DNA from: Carcharhinus longimanus
Lineage: Eukaryota
Reading direction: 5' to 3'
DNA length: 64,000 nt
NCBI GenBank assembly: GCA_030264375.1
Contig: JASCQW010000162.1
Span: 57,656,113-57,720,112, forward strand
Shown here: positions 24,181-37,899 of the stretch, in pieces
Layout: the number at the start of each line of letters is the position of its first letter
How positions within the stretch are numbered: the stretch's first letter is position 1
Program-made: the position numbers and the translations under genes
The notes under the pieces: model-generated
Database searches by the model: none
The model's input: the letters and a program-made list of their open reading frames with translations, nothing else
What the model was told of the DNA's origin: nothing

Positions 24181-24679
24181 TTAGATGAATGTGGTNNNNN
24201 NNNNNATTTTATAAACTTCTATCAGGTCGCCTCTCAACCTTCGTCTCTCCAGGGAAAAGAGACCCAGCTCCCTCAACCTAACAAAGAGAAACCTATACAA
24301 AGAGAAAATAATTTACAGGGGTATGGGACTGAAAAAGGGAAGTTGGGTTAACTTTGAACATGTCCTGCTGGTGAACATGTTAACCCTATTTATACAAAGA
24401 GCTGGCACAGGCACAATGGACCAAACGATCTCTCTCTGTGCAATGTCGTTCCATGATTCTGAAGTAATTCATGGCTACAATTTATGGAGCAGCGAGTTTT
24501 CCAATATCCAGGCCAACATTTTCCCTGTTGCTGACACACCATTGCCACAAACTGGTCAGCATCTCATTTGTGATTTGTGTCGCCGTATGGTGAGTTGATT
24601 GGCTGCTGTGTTCACTCACACTGTAACAGAGAGACCCCACTTAAAAAATAATTTACTCAATAGAAGGTATCTCAGACTG

Positions 24680-24965
24680 TGGCTTGATGGCAAAGTAGCA
24701 CTCCCACCTTTCAATCAGCAGGCTGTAGCTTCAGCACCCACACCAGAGACCTGATCGCATAAACCAGGCTGATTCTTGAGTGCGGGGGATGCTGCACTGT
24801 TGGAGGGGCTGTCTTTCAATGAGACATTGAACTGAGGCTTGTATGCCCTCCACATTTGGATGCCAACTACCCAACGTCACTACTGGAGAAGAACAGGCAT
24901 GTACTTGCAACGGCCCTCCACCTCCTCCTTGACCAATATGTATTCCTTAAACAACATTTGAAACA
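24680..24965 (+). mobile_element. DeuSINE 5' two-thirds
   Basis: 'gtagcactcccacc...ccaggctga...gctgcactgttggaggggctgtctttcaatgagacattgaactgagg...gaagaacagg'. Confidence 0.6.
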
Positions 24966-27900
24966 GATTCGTCATTAAGCTCCATCCTTGCTCGTGGCTG
25001 GGATCCTCCAGTGCTCCTGAAAGTGAATGGAGATTTGGCTGGGATGCTTGCTTGAATCATGGATGAGATTGGAGAATCCGTCCCAATTATCTTTCCATTT
25101 TGAACTGGGACATTCAGCACATGGATCCTTCTCTTCCCATCAGATTCACTGCTCGTTCAGCAGTGAGTCAGGGATAGTGGATATAGCCAGCGGGTGCAAA
25201 GCAGGCGCAGGCCGTTTTACAGATTACACAAACTTGAAGAATAAAACTGGGTCAAGCGTACAATGGGGCCCTGATTCGCTATCGCTTGTTTTGCATGCAC
25301 CATCCAGCTAGACCAATTTCACCCCATTGCGATCCAATACGTGAAATACATGGGATTGCGGGGTTAGGTCTTGGATGGGATTGTTGTCGGTGTAGACTTC
25401 TTGGGCCAAATGGCCTCTTTCTACACTGCTCCCTCCCTCCTCCCCCTCCCCCTCCCTCCACCCGCCCCACCAAGGTATAGCCTGGGTTGGTGCATTGCAA
25501 AGGATGATTTTATATCATCTGAATGTTCCAACTCTGGAAGCTTGCATTTGGAAGATCAGCTCTACACCGTAAAACTTGCCCTCCAACATCTGACAGGTGA
25601 CATTAAGCCCGACAAAAAAGTGCCTCAGTCCAGCAATGAGAAGTTTCCATTTCTCAAGACTGTCCAAACCTCAGGTCCTGCAGAGGAAGCAACAGAACTC
25701 TGCTCCGCTGCACCACTCTGGCCTGCGAGGTGCCAGTTTGAACTTATTCAGGGAATTATTTACTAAGTCCTTTGTGAGAAGCTCACAGCTTACCCTGCAT
25801 ATTTGCACAAAACTTATTCCAGTCACCAAACAAAAGAAAGCCCTGTTTGTTATCCATTTTAATTACATTTGTTGAATCTACTTGGTTTGCAATTTGAGGT
25901 CACACAAATAGATGTTTGCTAAACTAATTAAGCAGCCAATTAAATTCTGGTTCAACAGACAAGAAGCTTGGGTTAGTGCGACTGAGTTGCAATGTTTAAC
26001 AAACTAATAACAAAGCTGAGCGGCTGCCTTATTGCTACGTCTGAACTGATCTCGCACTCCAGGCAATCCGTGTGTTTATTCTGCAGTGAGACAGATTTTC
26101 TGATTTACTCCATTTGTAAAATACCAACGGATACGTCATCCTCAGAGATTTGCGTTGTCTCAGCAGTAAGAACCTCAGTGTCTCCGAGACAGAAGACAGC
26201 TGTTTGCCTACAATCTGTGCGCACGTCTTCCTCGAATACAGCGGCAGGACTTCCACACAAGTCTGTCGCCAGTAATTGTGACACTGTGTTGTCTCGATAC
26301 ATAGTCAAGCCCGACGTACAACAAACCTCCTCTTACACTCATGATCAATGGAATAATGATCACAGGATGGATACTTCTGCCTCATCTGCTTGCCGAGCTA
26401 AGATGGAAGCCAAGAACTGGGCTGATAGTCATAGCTCAGCATTAGCATTCTTGCTGTTGTGAGGAGATTCAAGCCCTTTGCTAAAATATCTGATTACATA
26501 ATCTTAGCCAACATACTCATGCAGCACAGCTCCACTGTCAGAGATGCTGTCTTTCAAAGCAGATACTAAGCTGAGGTACTCACCTCTGATATATAGCACT
26601 ATTTTCAGGAAGAGCAGTGGAATTCTCCTGGAGAACATTCATCNNNNNNNNNNNNNNNNNNNNNNNNNNNNNNNNNNNNNNNNNNNNNNNNNNNNNNNNN
26701 NNNNNNNNNNNNNNNNNNNNNNNNNNNNNNNNNNNNNNNNNNNNNNNNNNNNNNNNNNNNNNNNNNNNNNNNNNNNNNNNNNNNNNNNNNNNNNNNNNNN
26801 NNNNNNNNNNNNNNNNNNNNNNNNNNNNNNNNNNNNNNNNNNNNNNNNNNNNNNNNNNNNNNNNNNNNNNNNNNNNNNNNNNNNNNNNNNNNNNNNNNNN
26901 NNNNNNNNNNNNNNNNNNNNNNNNNNNNNNNNNNNNNNNNNNNNNNNNNNNNNNNNNNNNNNNNNNNNNNNNNNNNNNNNNNNNNNNNNNNNNNNNNNNN
27001 NNNNNNNNNNNNNNNNNNNNNNNNNNNNNNNNNNNNNNNNNNNNNNNNNNNNNNNNNNNNNNNNNNNNNNNNNNNNNNNNNNNNNNNNNNNNNNNNNNNN
27101 NNNNNNNNNNNNNNNNNNNNNNNNNNNNNNNNNNNNNNNNNNNNNNNNNNNNNNNNNNNNNNNNNNNNNNNNNNNNNNNNNNNNNNNNNNNNNNNNNNNN
27201 NNNNNNNNNNNNNNNNNNNNNNNNNNNNNNNNNNNNNNNNNNNNNNNNNNNNNNNNNNNNNNNNNNNNNNNNNNNNNNNNNNNNNNNNNNNNNNNNNNNN
27301 NNNNNNNNNNNNNNNNNNNNNNNNNNNNNNNNNNNNNNNNNNNNNNNNNNNNNNNNNNNNNNNNNNNNNNNNNNNNNNNNNNNNNNNNNNNNNNNNNNNN
27401 NNNNNNNNNNNNNNNNNNNNNNNNNNNNNNNNNNNNNNNNNNNNNNNNNNNNNNNNNNNNNNNNNNNNNNNNNNNNNNNNNNNNNNNNNNNNNNNNNNNN
27501 NNNNNNNNNNNNNNNNNNNNNNNNNNNNNNNNNNNNNNNNNNNNNNNNNNNNNNNNNNNNNNNNNNNNNNNNNNNNNNNNNNNNGGGGATTGAGTTGAGT
27601 GTGCGGGAAGGCAGTGTGCTGGCCCCCGTCATATTTTACAGAGTGCCATCCACCCACCCACTGGTTGTGAAAACCTATGGCGGCCATGGAAGATGTGATA
27701 TAAGTGCAAGTCTTTCTTTCTGGATGGAAAGGCTTCGATGTGGGACCAGAATAAATCAAAGGACAAATCGATCCACCCATTCACTCTCTTGGCAGCATGG
27801 GTGTATTCATGGGTGGCTTGCTGGGTAACTGTAGCACCATCCATATCATTTAGTCCTAGCATCGGAGCCTTTAAGAAGTCAGTAAAACCATGAGGCAAAG

Positions 27901-28344
27901 TAAAATTAACTCTTGAGATTCACAGAAATTGACTCTTCTTGAAAGAGGTGACACCAACAAAATTCAGGAGAAGCCATGCCCACCCAAACAGATTCCAAAA
28001 CCAAAAATGAGAAAGGGCTGTAATTAGTAACTTGCAGAGTGACATTGTAACTTCTAGAGACTCCCTATACATGGGATGCTCTGAAAATACTGATTTAATC
28101 TTCAAGAAACTCCTAAAAGTAGTAATTTAGTCTTGGGAAGTTATTAACCCTGGGGGCCTTGGTAAATATTGATACACACCAGGTGAGCCTCATCCTTGCT
28201 GTAGAAAGACAGAGTCAGCTAGCTACACAGTAAGACAATGCAGAACCTTACCTTAAAACATGGTCCAATTTGTAAAACAAAAAGCAATGTAGAAATGGAG
28301 ATGACCCTTTCGCCTGTTGGGTTTGCTTTGTCATTCACTTAGAG

Positions 28345-28555
28345 CAAACCCAGATGGTTTCACTAACGTCCTTCAGGGAAAGAAGTCTGCCACTCTTATC
28401 TGGTCTGGTCTACCAGATTCCTAGCAACGTGGTTGGCTTTTAAATGCCCTCTGAAACAGCTTTGCAAACACTCAGTTCAAGGGTGACAGGGATGGGCAAT
28501 AAATGCCAGCCTTGCCAGCAACGCACAAATCTTATGTATGAATATAAAATAAAAC
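28345..28555 (+). mobile_element. SINE family B, 3' part
   Basis: 'aaacccagatggtttcactaacgtccttcagggaaagaagtctgcc...gggatgggcaataaatgccagccttgccagc'. Confidence 0.7.
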
Positions 28556-28574
28556 AAGATCTTGACTAATTTTC

Positions 28575-28875
28575 CTCCTTTGCACCATATCCTTTGATAC
28601 GTTTACCTCAAACAATCTCAGTTTTGAAATTGTTAACTGACTGTGTCTTTTTTGGAAGGAGAACAATTCGTATTGCCACTAGCCTTTGATGTGCTTCTTA
28701 ATATTGCCCCTGAACAGTCTAGCTGTAATTGTATAATGTTGTAAGCTTCTTGTTCTGGACATAACCCCCAAACCAGTAGAAATATTTTTTTCCCCTTTAT
28801 ATCCTTTAATCATCTTAAACATCTCAATTAGATCACCACTTAATCTCTCACATTTGAGGGAATACAAACTTGGTC
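28575..28875 (-). mobile_element. CR1 ORF2 3' fragment
   Basis: LYSLKCERLSGDLIEMFKMIKG...YTITARLFRGNIKKH. Confidence 0.75.
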
Positions 28876-28904
28876 TACACAATCAGGGCTTCACAGAAAA
28901 AGGA

Positions 28905-29140
28905 AAGGATGTGCATGTATGTGACACTTTTCATGAACAACAGACAGCCCAAAACACTTTACAACCAATGCAGTACTCTTTGGAAGCAAGATCACTGCTG
29001 TAAGGGAGGAAACTATTTTGCACACAGCTGGGCCCCACAATCAGCAGTGTGATAATGACCAGATAATCAGCTTTATTGATGTTGATCGAGGGATTAAATC
29101 TTGGCCAGGACACTGGGGATCACTCCTTTGCACTTCCACG
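28905..29140 (-). mobile_element. DeuSINE 3' half
   Basis: 'ccaaaacactttacaaccaatgcagtactc...gtgataatgaccagataatc...ggccaggacactgggga'. Confidence 0.7.
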
Positions 29141-29974
29141 AGTTCATCAGAGCTGCCCTGAAACCTGAACGTCCAGCAATTGTGTCTGCGTGTCGATGTG
29201 AGAACATAAAACACCACGAGCTTGAAGGCAGCAAAAGAATGAGAATCCTTCGGGTTAAAAAAAGGAAGCCATTATTTAGTAGTTTTAATGATAACTCGCC
29301 ATTATGTCTAAGAGCTGGGAGAAAACTAACATCCATTGCAGAACTGAAGCACTCACTATTCCTGTGAACCACAATATGCAAACATTAGCATGTGAAAATC
29401 GTGTATCCTTTTGACTTCACATTTCTTGAACTTGGGGTCAGAACAAAAAGGAGGAAGGCTTGAAAGTGTCTTTCTTTTTTTCTCTCCTCAAATCACAGTA
29501 TATATCAGTCCTTTGTCCAGCAGAAGCCAGGCAGATTTTTCTTTGCATGGCTGATACAACAATCGGGTAAAAAGCCTGTGCAGGGTCTAGAGCGAGCCTT
29601 TTATAAATCTTTCCCATCATTTTGGGCTTGGTGTGCTGTTGGTAATTTATTGAGACATAAAGCAAACCCATGCATACTTTAACATCAGATTAAGGAGGCT
29701 TCGAGTCCATGGTGAATAGAAAGACACCGACAGTAAGAGTGTGGTTTATGACTCATGGTTAATGAACTGCCAGCAACCCTGGATGACCTGAACCAGACAG
29801 AGTGAAGCAGCAAAAGTTCATCGCTGGTGCATTGTGGAGGGGATCAAATTAATCTCTTAAATTACATATTCCCATCAGCCTGACGTTCCTCAGGAATCCT
29901 GCTGTCCAAGGGCGACCTATGGAACTGCCATGCATCCCCACCAAACACTGTCAGTCCCACTGCTCCTGGTTTCT

Positions 29975-30565
29975 CAGCCTAGTGGCTCAATGGGCAGCAC
30001 TTTCACCTCTGAATGAGTAGTTATGAGTGTAAATTGCCATGCAAGAAACCCGAGCACAAAGCCTAGGCCGTGACACCCGAGTGCAGTCCTGAAGGTCTGC
30101 GGCACTGTAGGTGGTGCCATCTTTTGGATAAGACAAAAACCCATTCTCCCTCTGCCCTCTCAGCTGTAAATGATCCTATAGTAAGGACTATATTGAAGAA
30201 AAGCAAAGGAGCTCTCTCCAGCGGCCGGGCCAATGTTTATCCATTGAGATTAGCCTACTGGAATATGAACTCCCTGATTAAGGACTTAATTGATGGGCAG
30301 TCAAAGTGTATTTTCCTTGTATTTAACGGGGAATGTCAGTTCCTCTGACACCCCCGAAGGTATACTGCTGACTGATAGAATCTGTGTACTGCTGTTGGAA
30401 TTATAAATAAAGGGATTCTGGAGAAGGGACTTTTGCCTCCAAAGACTTATTACAGTGACTGTGCAATGTGCAAAATGGCTGCTACATTTTCTATATTACA
30501 CTAGAGGCTGCACTTCAAAAGTATTTGTTTGGCTGTAAAGTGTTTTGGGACTCACTGAGGACATG
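29975..30565 (+). mobile_element. DeuSINE split by a ~220-bp insertion
   Basis: Head 'gtggctcaatgggcagcactttcacctctga' to 'ggccaatgtttatcc' (30245). It resumes at ~30465 'gtgcaaaatggctgctacattt...cacttcaaaagta'. Confidence 0.6.
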
Positions 30566-30932
30566 TCAGTTCTACGTAACTGGGCGTTTTTTTCTTTGTC
30601 CTTTCACAAGGACAGTAAGGTGGGAAGAAATCAAGTCCACTCATTGGGAGTTTCTGCCTGGATCCAGATTATGAGTGGTGGGTAAGTTATATGAGGTGAC
30701 AAAGGGCAGATATAGGCCCCATCAGTGGGATCCAGTATAGATCCCGGAACAATGCTCTCAAATTTTGCTCATTCTCCCGACACAAGGGGCTTGCGGAAGG
30801 TGACACTGGCAGATGCCAGAGCTTCCAGCTGCCACAAGCATACGGCAGAGATGCACCCAAAGTGCTGCTTCGGCTCAATCTGATCTTTGTGGATAAGATT
30901 CCCATCCATGAACCCAACACACTTTGGTGGAG

Positions 30933-30951
30933 TCAGCACTAGAGGGCAGCA
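30933..30951 (+). promoter_or_regulatory. Candidate CTCF site
   Basis: TCAGCACTAGAGGGCAGCA matches the CTCF core CCASYAGRKGGCRS with one mismatch, in non-repeat sequence. Confidence 0.5.
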
Positions 30952-32574
30952 CATCCCAGTGGAAATATCAGGGTCCTGACCTGTGAATTTAGCACTTTTT
31001 TTTTAGATCTAGTCAACAACGCACAGTGGATAGATTCAACATACACATCAAGCCATCAAAGTCAGTTCTGGTGGCAGCACAGATGTTAAAACTGGATAAA
31101 ATATAGCTAAGGAAACAAGAATAAACTGGCAGGATTCATATTCCTTACTGATGTTATCCAGTGACCCTCTGTAAGAAAGTACATGAGGGTATCAGGTCAG
31201 AACAGCACCAAGGAGCTGATGCCCCCAACACAGACATTTACCAGGGATAGACAGAAAATAAGGAGCCTTCATTCAGAGATAAGGGGAAAAAAAAGCCATG
31301 GTCCCTCCCAGAATCACTAAATCACCCAGTGAAACCATTTAACTCAGCAAGGACCGTGCAGAATTCAATCGAAAGCTTCCTGTTCATCTGGCACATTGAT
31401 TAGTGACCCATTGGCTTCAGTTTTGAACTGATTAACAATCAGAAGCAGGCAGCTTCCCCAGTTGCCTGAAGAAGAGGTCAGTTCAGAAGACGTTTTTCCC
31501 ACAAGTTTGAACTTCGGCCTCAATAAACCATGGGCTGGGGGAGGGGAATGTCAACCTCATTAACCAATCAATGGGTATGGAATGCACAAGACTTCACAGA
31601 CCTGAATAGCTCCCATCTTACACTGATTGGCCCTGACCTTGCATTCCTAACGTTTCCTTTAACTGCCCTCCTCTCGAGCCTTTCCTATTAGCATACAACT
31701 AATGGGATGAAGCTGCTTTGAAAATGTCAGACTTGTTAGCATTGACATTTAACAGTGCTGCAAGGTTCAGATTTTAGCATCTCTGTTAAATTAAATTAGT
31801 TAAAAGAACGACTGCAATTTCTCAAAGGGGTAACTATCTGCTTGAAATACCAGCGCAGAAACGGGTCTTGAAGATGAACTTTGGGAGTTAATCTCCCTCC
31901 CCCCTCCAATACTCTTAATTTGCGAATTTCCCTTCAGGGGAAGGAGTTGTGGGGGGGCCCCGAGGTCAGGAAAGGGAAGTGAAGGGCCATCAGCAGCCCT
32001 CCTGTATCCAATATGCTGTTTCAATTTAGACAGCCAACATCAACCAACTATTCAACTGCAAAGACATCACAGACTAGACTTTTCCTGATCTCATCGGACA
32101 ATCTACAGAGAATCATAGAAAGATTACAGTGTAGAAAGAAGCCATTCAGTCCATCGTATCATTGCCGGTCAAAAAAAAGAAAAAAAAACTTGCCACTGAC
32201 TTTAAGCATTTTCTCGCATTGGACTGTAGCCTTGCGGGTTAAGCACTTCAGATGTGGAGATCGGTTGATAGCTGCAGAGAGGAACCCCTTGTTGCTTCTT
32301 CTAACTTACTAGCTGCTGGGTACTAAATGTGACGTAGCCCTCAAACACCTGCTCCGGTTGAGATCAGTGCCTGTACTCATGACAACTGCAAGCCCACATG
32401 GATTTATTTACAATGCCATTTGAGGGGGTGCTCAAGCAGTTGGAGATTTGAGATTTTCATGTTTCAAGGTCAATGGCCTTCTCTGTGGTGAACCTGCTGC
32501 AATCTGATGGGAACATTCAATGATGCTGCTAGGCCAGTGGTCCTGCTGTTGTCCATTGTCTTACTGCTTTTCAA

Positions 32575-32895
32575 CTTGTGTTTGCAGAGCACTTTTAACA
32601 CAGTAAAACATTGCAAGGCATTTCACAACAAACTAAACTTGACAGCCAAAGGGAGACATTCAGTAACAGTTTGGTCAAAGAGGGGTGGTGGGGGAGGCAT
32701 AGAGATGGGGGGGNNNNNNNNNNGGGGAAGGCACAGAGAGGCAAAGATGTTTCAGGATGGAAATCCAGAGCTTCAGGCCTAGGCAGCTGAAGACATGGCA
32801 GCAATGGTGGATTAATGAAAATTGGGAATGAGCAAGAGACCAGAACTGGAAGAATGGCGAGACTGCGGAATGTTGCGGGGTCAGAGGCGGTTACA
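32575..32895 (-). mobile_element. L2 3' fragment
   Basis: 'cttttaacacagtaaaacattgcaaggcatttcac...ccagagcttcaggcctaggcagctgaagacatggc'. Confidence 0.65.
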
Positions 32896-34168
32896 GAATT
32901 GCAACTGACATTTCATCAATCTGAGATATCAACTGAGTTTCTCTCTCCTCAGATGTGATCTGCTCACTATTTCCAGCACTTGCTGTTTTTATTTCAGATT
33001 CCCAGCACTTTACTGAGATGAATCCCAAAGGAATACAATGCACAATCGCTGAAGTGCTGAGTGTGATGGCAAACTGGGGCCAGTAAGGGGATTTTAATGA
33101 GCATCGAAAATTCCACACAAGGTGACTTACATTTCAATGTGAGCCAGAAAAAAAATTATGTTGGTCCCAAGCACTTTTCCAAAGCATATATTTCACATAT
33201 TTTGGATCAACTGGGCTACTTTGTGTAGAATAATGCACCATTAGTCATCCACAGAGGAAGCCCTCCCTATCTGCACAACACTGCCATCCAAGGCAAGTCT
33301 GTTTTCTCAAGCTTCACATATTGCCATCGAGACAGCATGCAAAGAGAAACACAAGGGCGTTTCTGTTCCCTTCTCCTCTGCAGCATGAATCCAGGGACTT
33401 GTGTGCAAGTGCAGCTCCTCCAGGTACCAACAGTCTCTAGGACTTCAGCATCAAGACATACATTGTGTATAAGCCCAAACTGAATAATTGCTGGTAAGCT
33501 ATTCATTCACGTGGGGGCGGGAAAAGGGAGAATTGGAGGCAGAGTAGAATCTGGTTCTGGTTTTCACGGTTATCATACGGGCAAATTACAACAACAATGA
33601 CTGGATTAAAGTCCGCAAAGGGGGCGCGTACCTTCCCTCCTTTCCAGTGGACAATACTAGTACTCCTGATACAATACAGGAGTATTGTAACAAAAAGCAC
33701 TGAACTGACCAGGGATTCAAGCTGGAAGCTTCCTGCTGTCACCTTCTCATTCAATGGCAGCAATCTCACTTCCACGAGTGAAGGGTTCAAGATCGACTCC
33801 AGGGGGTTCAGCACACAGTCCATGCTGACACTCCAGTGAGGTACTGGGGGACTGGCACAAAGAGAATGTGCCTGTCCTCTCAGGTGGAGACAATGAACCC
33901 TGTGGCATTATTTAGGAGTAAAACAGAAGTGTTTCCACTAAACCTCATCTCCTAGTTGTTTGGGAAAATTCTGAATGAATGAGTAGATGTATTTGAGAGC
34001 ATGTGTAAACCACAATGAGGTGTTCATGCAAGACAGATCATATATCACTGAACTTCTTGCCTGCAATTAAGAAAATAAACAGAGTTGTAAGTTTGCAGAT
34101 GACACAAGAGCACCTTAATTTCCCCAGTAGGGAAGAATACAGCAGAGGCAAATTCTATTTTCCGCACA

Positions 34169-34220
34169 TTGGCAAACAAGGATGAACTGAGGACTTGGCA
34201 AACATGGATGAACTGAGGAC
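34169..34220. repeat. 26-bp tandem duplication
   Basis: TTGGCAAACAAGGATGAACTGAGGAC followed by TTGGCAAACATGGATGAACTGAGGAC. Confidence 0.95.
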
Positions 34221-34414
34221 TATCTTGTGTCTGCATGTACAATATTACAACAAGACAAGTCAGCCCCAGGGATCTGAGCACAGCATTGTGTGCTCCCCTC
34301 AATTCAGTTTTCCCTCCTCACCAACAATATTCTTTGCTTTGCTTCTGACTGCACTGCTTCATCCTGAGGCAGTTTTCCGGCGCAGGACGGGATCCGACAG
34401 TCATTCTATTTTCT

Positions 34415-34640
34415 CAGCCAACTGATCATTCTTCATGTGAACCTAGGTTGGGAGCATCGGAAGGCTATTCAGCAGTGGTGCACGTTACAATAGAGCTCAG
34501 CCTTGTCCTCGTCCAACTTTTACACGTCAACACTTGACGCTTTTTCATGAGGCAGCAGACAGGAGTGGGGAGTGGGGCGGGTTTTCAGTGTGAAACAGCT
34601 CTGTCATCTAACCAAAACCAAGCTCATCAGCACAACTGAA
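34415..34640 (-). mobile_element. AmnSINE2-like SINE
   Basis: 'ttcttcatgtgaacctagg...gcatcggaaggctattc...agagctcagccttgtcctc...cagcacaac' is the reverse complement of the family seen at 5885 and 45521. Confidence 0.5.
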
Positions 34641-36600
34641 ATTTAAAACATGACTCAGTGTCAGTGTTTTCATTTACAGAGCGTTTAGTACCATCTCTCT
34701 CAACTCACAAGCAAGGAAAAGCAAAAGCGCAAGTCCTAAAGAGTTCTTAAAAAGTGGTGCTTTACTTCATCGAAGGCTTTAACCATTTGGATCCCTGGAA
34801 TTAACAGATGTTCCTTTCATGCAAACTGAGCAATGGCAGTAAATCTCCAACCAGCACAAGCAACGCTCTTCATCCCTACTTGTCATTTGGAAGGATTCCA
34901 AGGAATCAATGTTTGAAATTCATGGGATTTAACAGAGCTGCAAGTTCTCCCCAGAGCAGACTTTAAAAAAGTTATCGAGAGCATTCGCTCAAAGAACTTA
35001 TTATCACGTTAGCTCCTCTTGGACATGGACCATCTGTCTGATGAAGGGGAAAAAAATGCAGATCCAACCTCAACAAGACAAGAGGTTCACTGTTTTTTAT
35101 AAAGTTCAGACGTGTTTGTCTTCTTTTTATACAGTAATAGGATTCGTCATCTATGTGCTTACATAGCTTGTTGCTTAAGATAAACATGCCCAAGAAACAC
35201 CAGCGTCAACATCCTTTGCCTTTATGTTTGTACTTATGGGCTCCAAACAAAATACAGAACCAGAAAAAAGCTCTCACTTGGGCAGCTTGTCTTGTGATTC
35301 TGTATCTCACTGGTCATCATGGCCATCATTCCTTTAAGCTTTTCTATGTAAACACCAAATTTCTAGTCCTGTATGTTTGTCCACCTTTTCTCTCCTCAAA
35401 CTGACTCTTGATCTGCTTTGTTGCCTCCCTCAAGGATCATATATCTTAAGAGTGGGGGTGATGTCTATCACAAGGTAGACCAGGGGAAGGTGCACAGGGC
35501 CTTTTGCTGTCCATCATTTTTTGTACGCTGACAAAAGAAAGATGTCATTTACATAATCTCATTTTTTTACTACTTAATCCCTGAATGCAGAATGGTGAAA
35601 TATCAACTGTTTCAGTACTCTGTTCCCCATTAATCTGTAAACACATAGTTTGACACTGCATAATTGCCACTTTTAGATATACTTCATCGACTTTCCCTTT
35701 GCCACCTTTCTTTGCTTCTCCCATCCCTCACAAGTCCGTTCACTCCTTGTTGCTGCGAGATATCACTAAATGGCTGCAATTTGATTGGAAGGAAATATCA
35801 CAGACAAGCCTCATTCTTGTCTCTGCTTAGAACCTTGATCCCTGTTTAGATGGCATCTAAAAATAAAATCGACAGTTCTATTAGGGGTTGATTGGTCAAT
35901 GACAGAAACCCTGGCAGACTTCACCTTATATTGCCCCCCCAACCTCCACCCCCCCAATCCTCCACCCCCCCCCCACCCACAAATCCTCCACCCCCCATTA
36001 ACCATCTCCAATCAAACCCATGGTAGCTGAGGTCATTTGCAGTGCCCTCTCTTACTTATATGGCTATCTCAGGACCCAGCTGCTTGGCACTTCGCTGTTT
36101 TTCTATGGCTACACTGCTCACTGCTTCAGCTCCCAGATGCATTTGAGAAGTGGCTCCCCTTCCTTTTCACACTAGCAGATGCATCACACAATACATCCTT
36201 GCTCTTCCTCAACTTATAAGTCAGACATGAAAAATTACTGAGCAAGTAACGTTCGGAATCTTGGCCACAGGACAAGAAGATTGGCAGCCTCCCAATGCCA
36301 TGTGAGGAATTGACTTCTGTCTCCTGCTGGTTGTCAGTCTGGTATTACTGTGACACTACATGTCAGTGTTGGCTGGTAATGGAACACACATGGTTTAATT
36401 TAGCCGCATTGACAGATAGCGACCCGGGTCAGGTCAAGAATCCAAAGTCCAGGTGGAAACTGATCTCCTGAAAATAACCCACTGAATTCTTCACCACACA
36501 GATGGTGTTAGAAATAGAGCTGTAAATACAGTCTCTGTCATGCACACACTATAGCGTGATTGCCAGGGATCATCTAACACACCAATCGATCATCCTAAGA

Positions 36601-36857
36601 CCTGAAGTTTTATTTCTGGCTCTTCCTGTTGGCAAGATCTTCTGGTCCCACTCAAGCATCCCCTCCCCCCATCCCCTGCCATGACGGTTTTCCCAGTGGC
36701 ATGGTTGGCGAGCGACGCAAATGGTCATTGACTTTGGAGGGACCAAAAAATGTTACTGATGCCCAATGACAAGCTACTGCTGCTGGAAACCTCCTCCGGG
36801 GGTGGTGGTCAGTGGTGGGGGTGGTGGTCGGTGGGGGTGGATCCAGAAAACCTTGTC
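36601..36857. mobile_element. MITE-like element, inverted relative of 58283-58483
   Basis: 'ggctcttcctgttggcaagatcttctggtcccact' aligns to the reverse complement of 'agtgagaccggtggatcccaccaacaggaatggcc'. Confidence 0.5.
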
Positions 36858-37899
36858 TTGTATCTATAGATATGGATATTCCTATGTGGTACCTGTACAA
36901 CACCAATTTGCTACCACAAGGTGTTTACACTTCTTTTCAGAACCAGAAAAATGTCACTTATTTGGTCTCCTATTTTCACAGAGTCCAACCCACTGCCACT
37001 CAGTCCCCAAGAGTGAGCTTGATTTATAGCATGCCTTAGGCTGCATAGGCTGGATGGAAGGTTAACAGCCAGGCACGCAATGGAATGTCAGTTGTAGGTT
37101 TGGGAATGGGCTTCTCATCTGCCGTTAAATGACAGCTTAATTAACAATAGCAAAAACAAAGTAAAAAAAGTTTCTAAATATGTACAGATATTGCATTCAG
37201 GTTCTGATAATTCATCTCAGCAAACAATCATTGCACATGAGGTCAGATGGCATTGGATAGCCTGTTGATCTGGGGAAAGGGATCAAAGCCCATTTCAAAT
37301 AAGACCATACCCAGGTCCGAATCATACAACAGGGTCACTGGATAGCAATAGCAGTGCTATCTGGCTGGTCTTTTTCAATACCCTAGGTTTGGGACATGGA
37401 GGACAATTGTCACGCCATCGTAACTAACATGAAAGAATTAATACCAACCAAGGGACTGATGGAACCACAATGAACAGTAAAAGATTAAAAATTCAAACTT
37501 AGATGATTAAACTGCACCCTGTGTTATTATTAAACCAAGAGTTTGGGGATTGGAAAATGTTCTCAACTCACAGTGTCAGAAGCATGTACATGTGGAGAGG
37601 GAGAAAGCAGGTGTTCTAGCCACCTTAGTGAGCAGCACCATACATTCCAAACTGATATATCTGAAGCCTTCAATGCTTAGTTTAGGAATGAGTGACGGTG
37701 GGACAGAAATAGAAGCATATATATTTTCCTGCCTCAACACTGGAGTGCTGAAAGATTGACCACTATCTGTTCACATTACTTTAGACAAGCTTTATCAGAC
37801 TCCAAGTTCTTGCTTAGAGGGCATACAGCCACAGAATGATTAACTGGCAATCATAGAAGGCTAATACTTGGATAATGATAGTGGCCTTTTGCTCAAACC

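Noticed and set aside
26544-27828. Longest ORFs in the track (349-403 aa), and similar ones at 22655, 48799 and 51444
   Set aside because: They are artefacts of N gaps translated as X.
34169-34220. Direct repeat as a possible CRISPR-like unit
   Set aside because: Only two adjacent copies with no spacer, in a vertebrate context. It is a simple tandem duplication.
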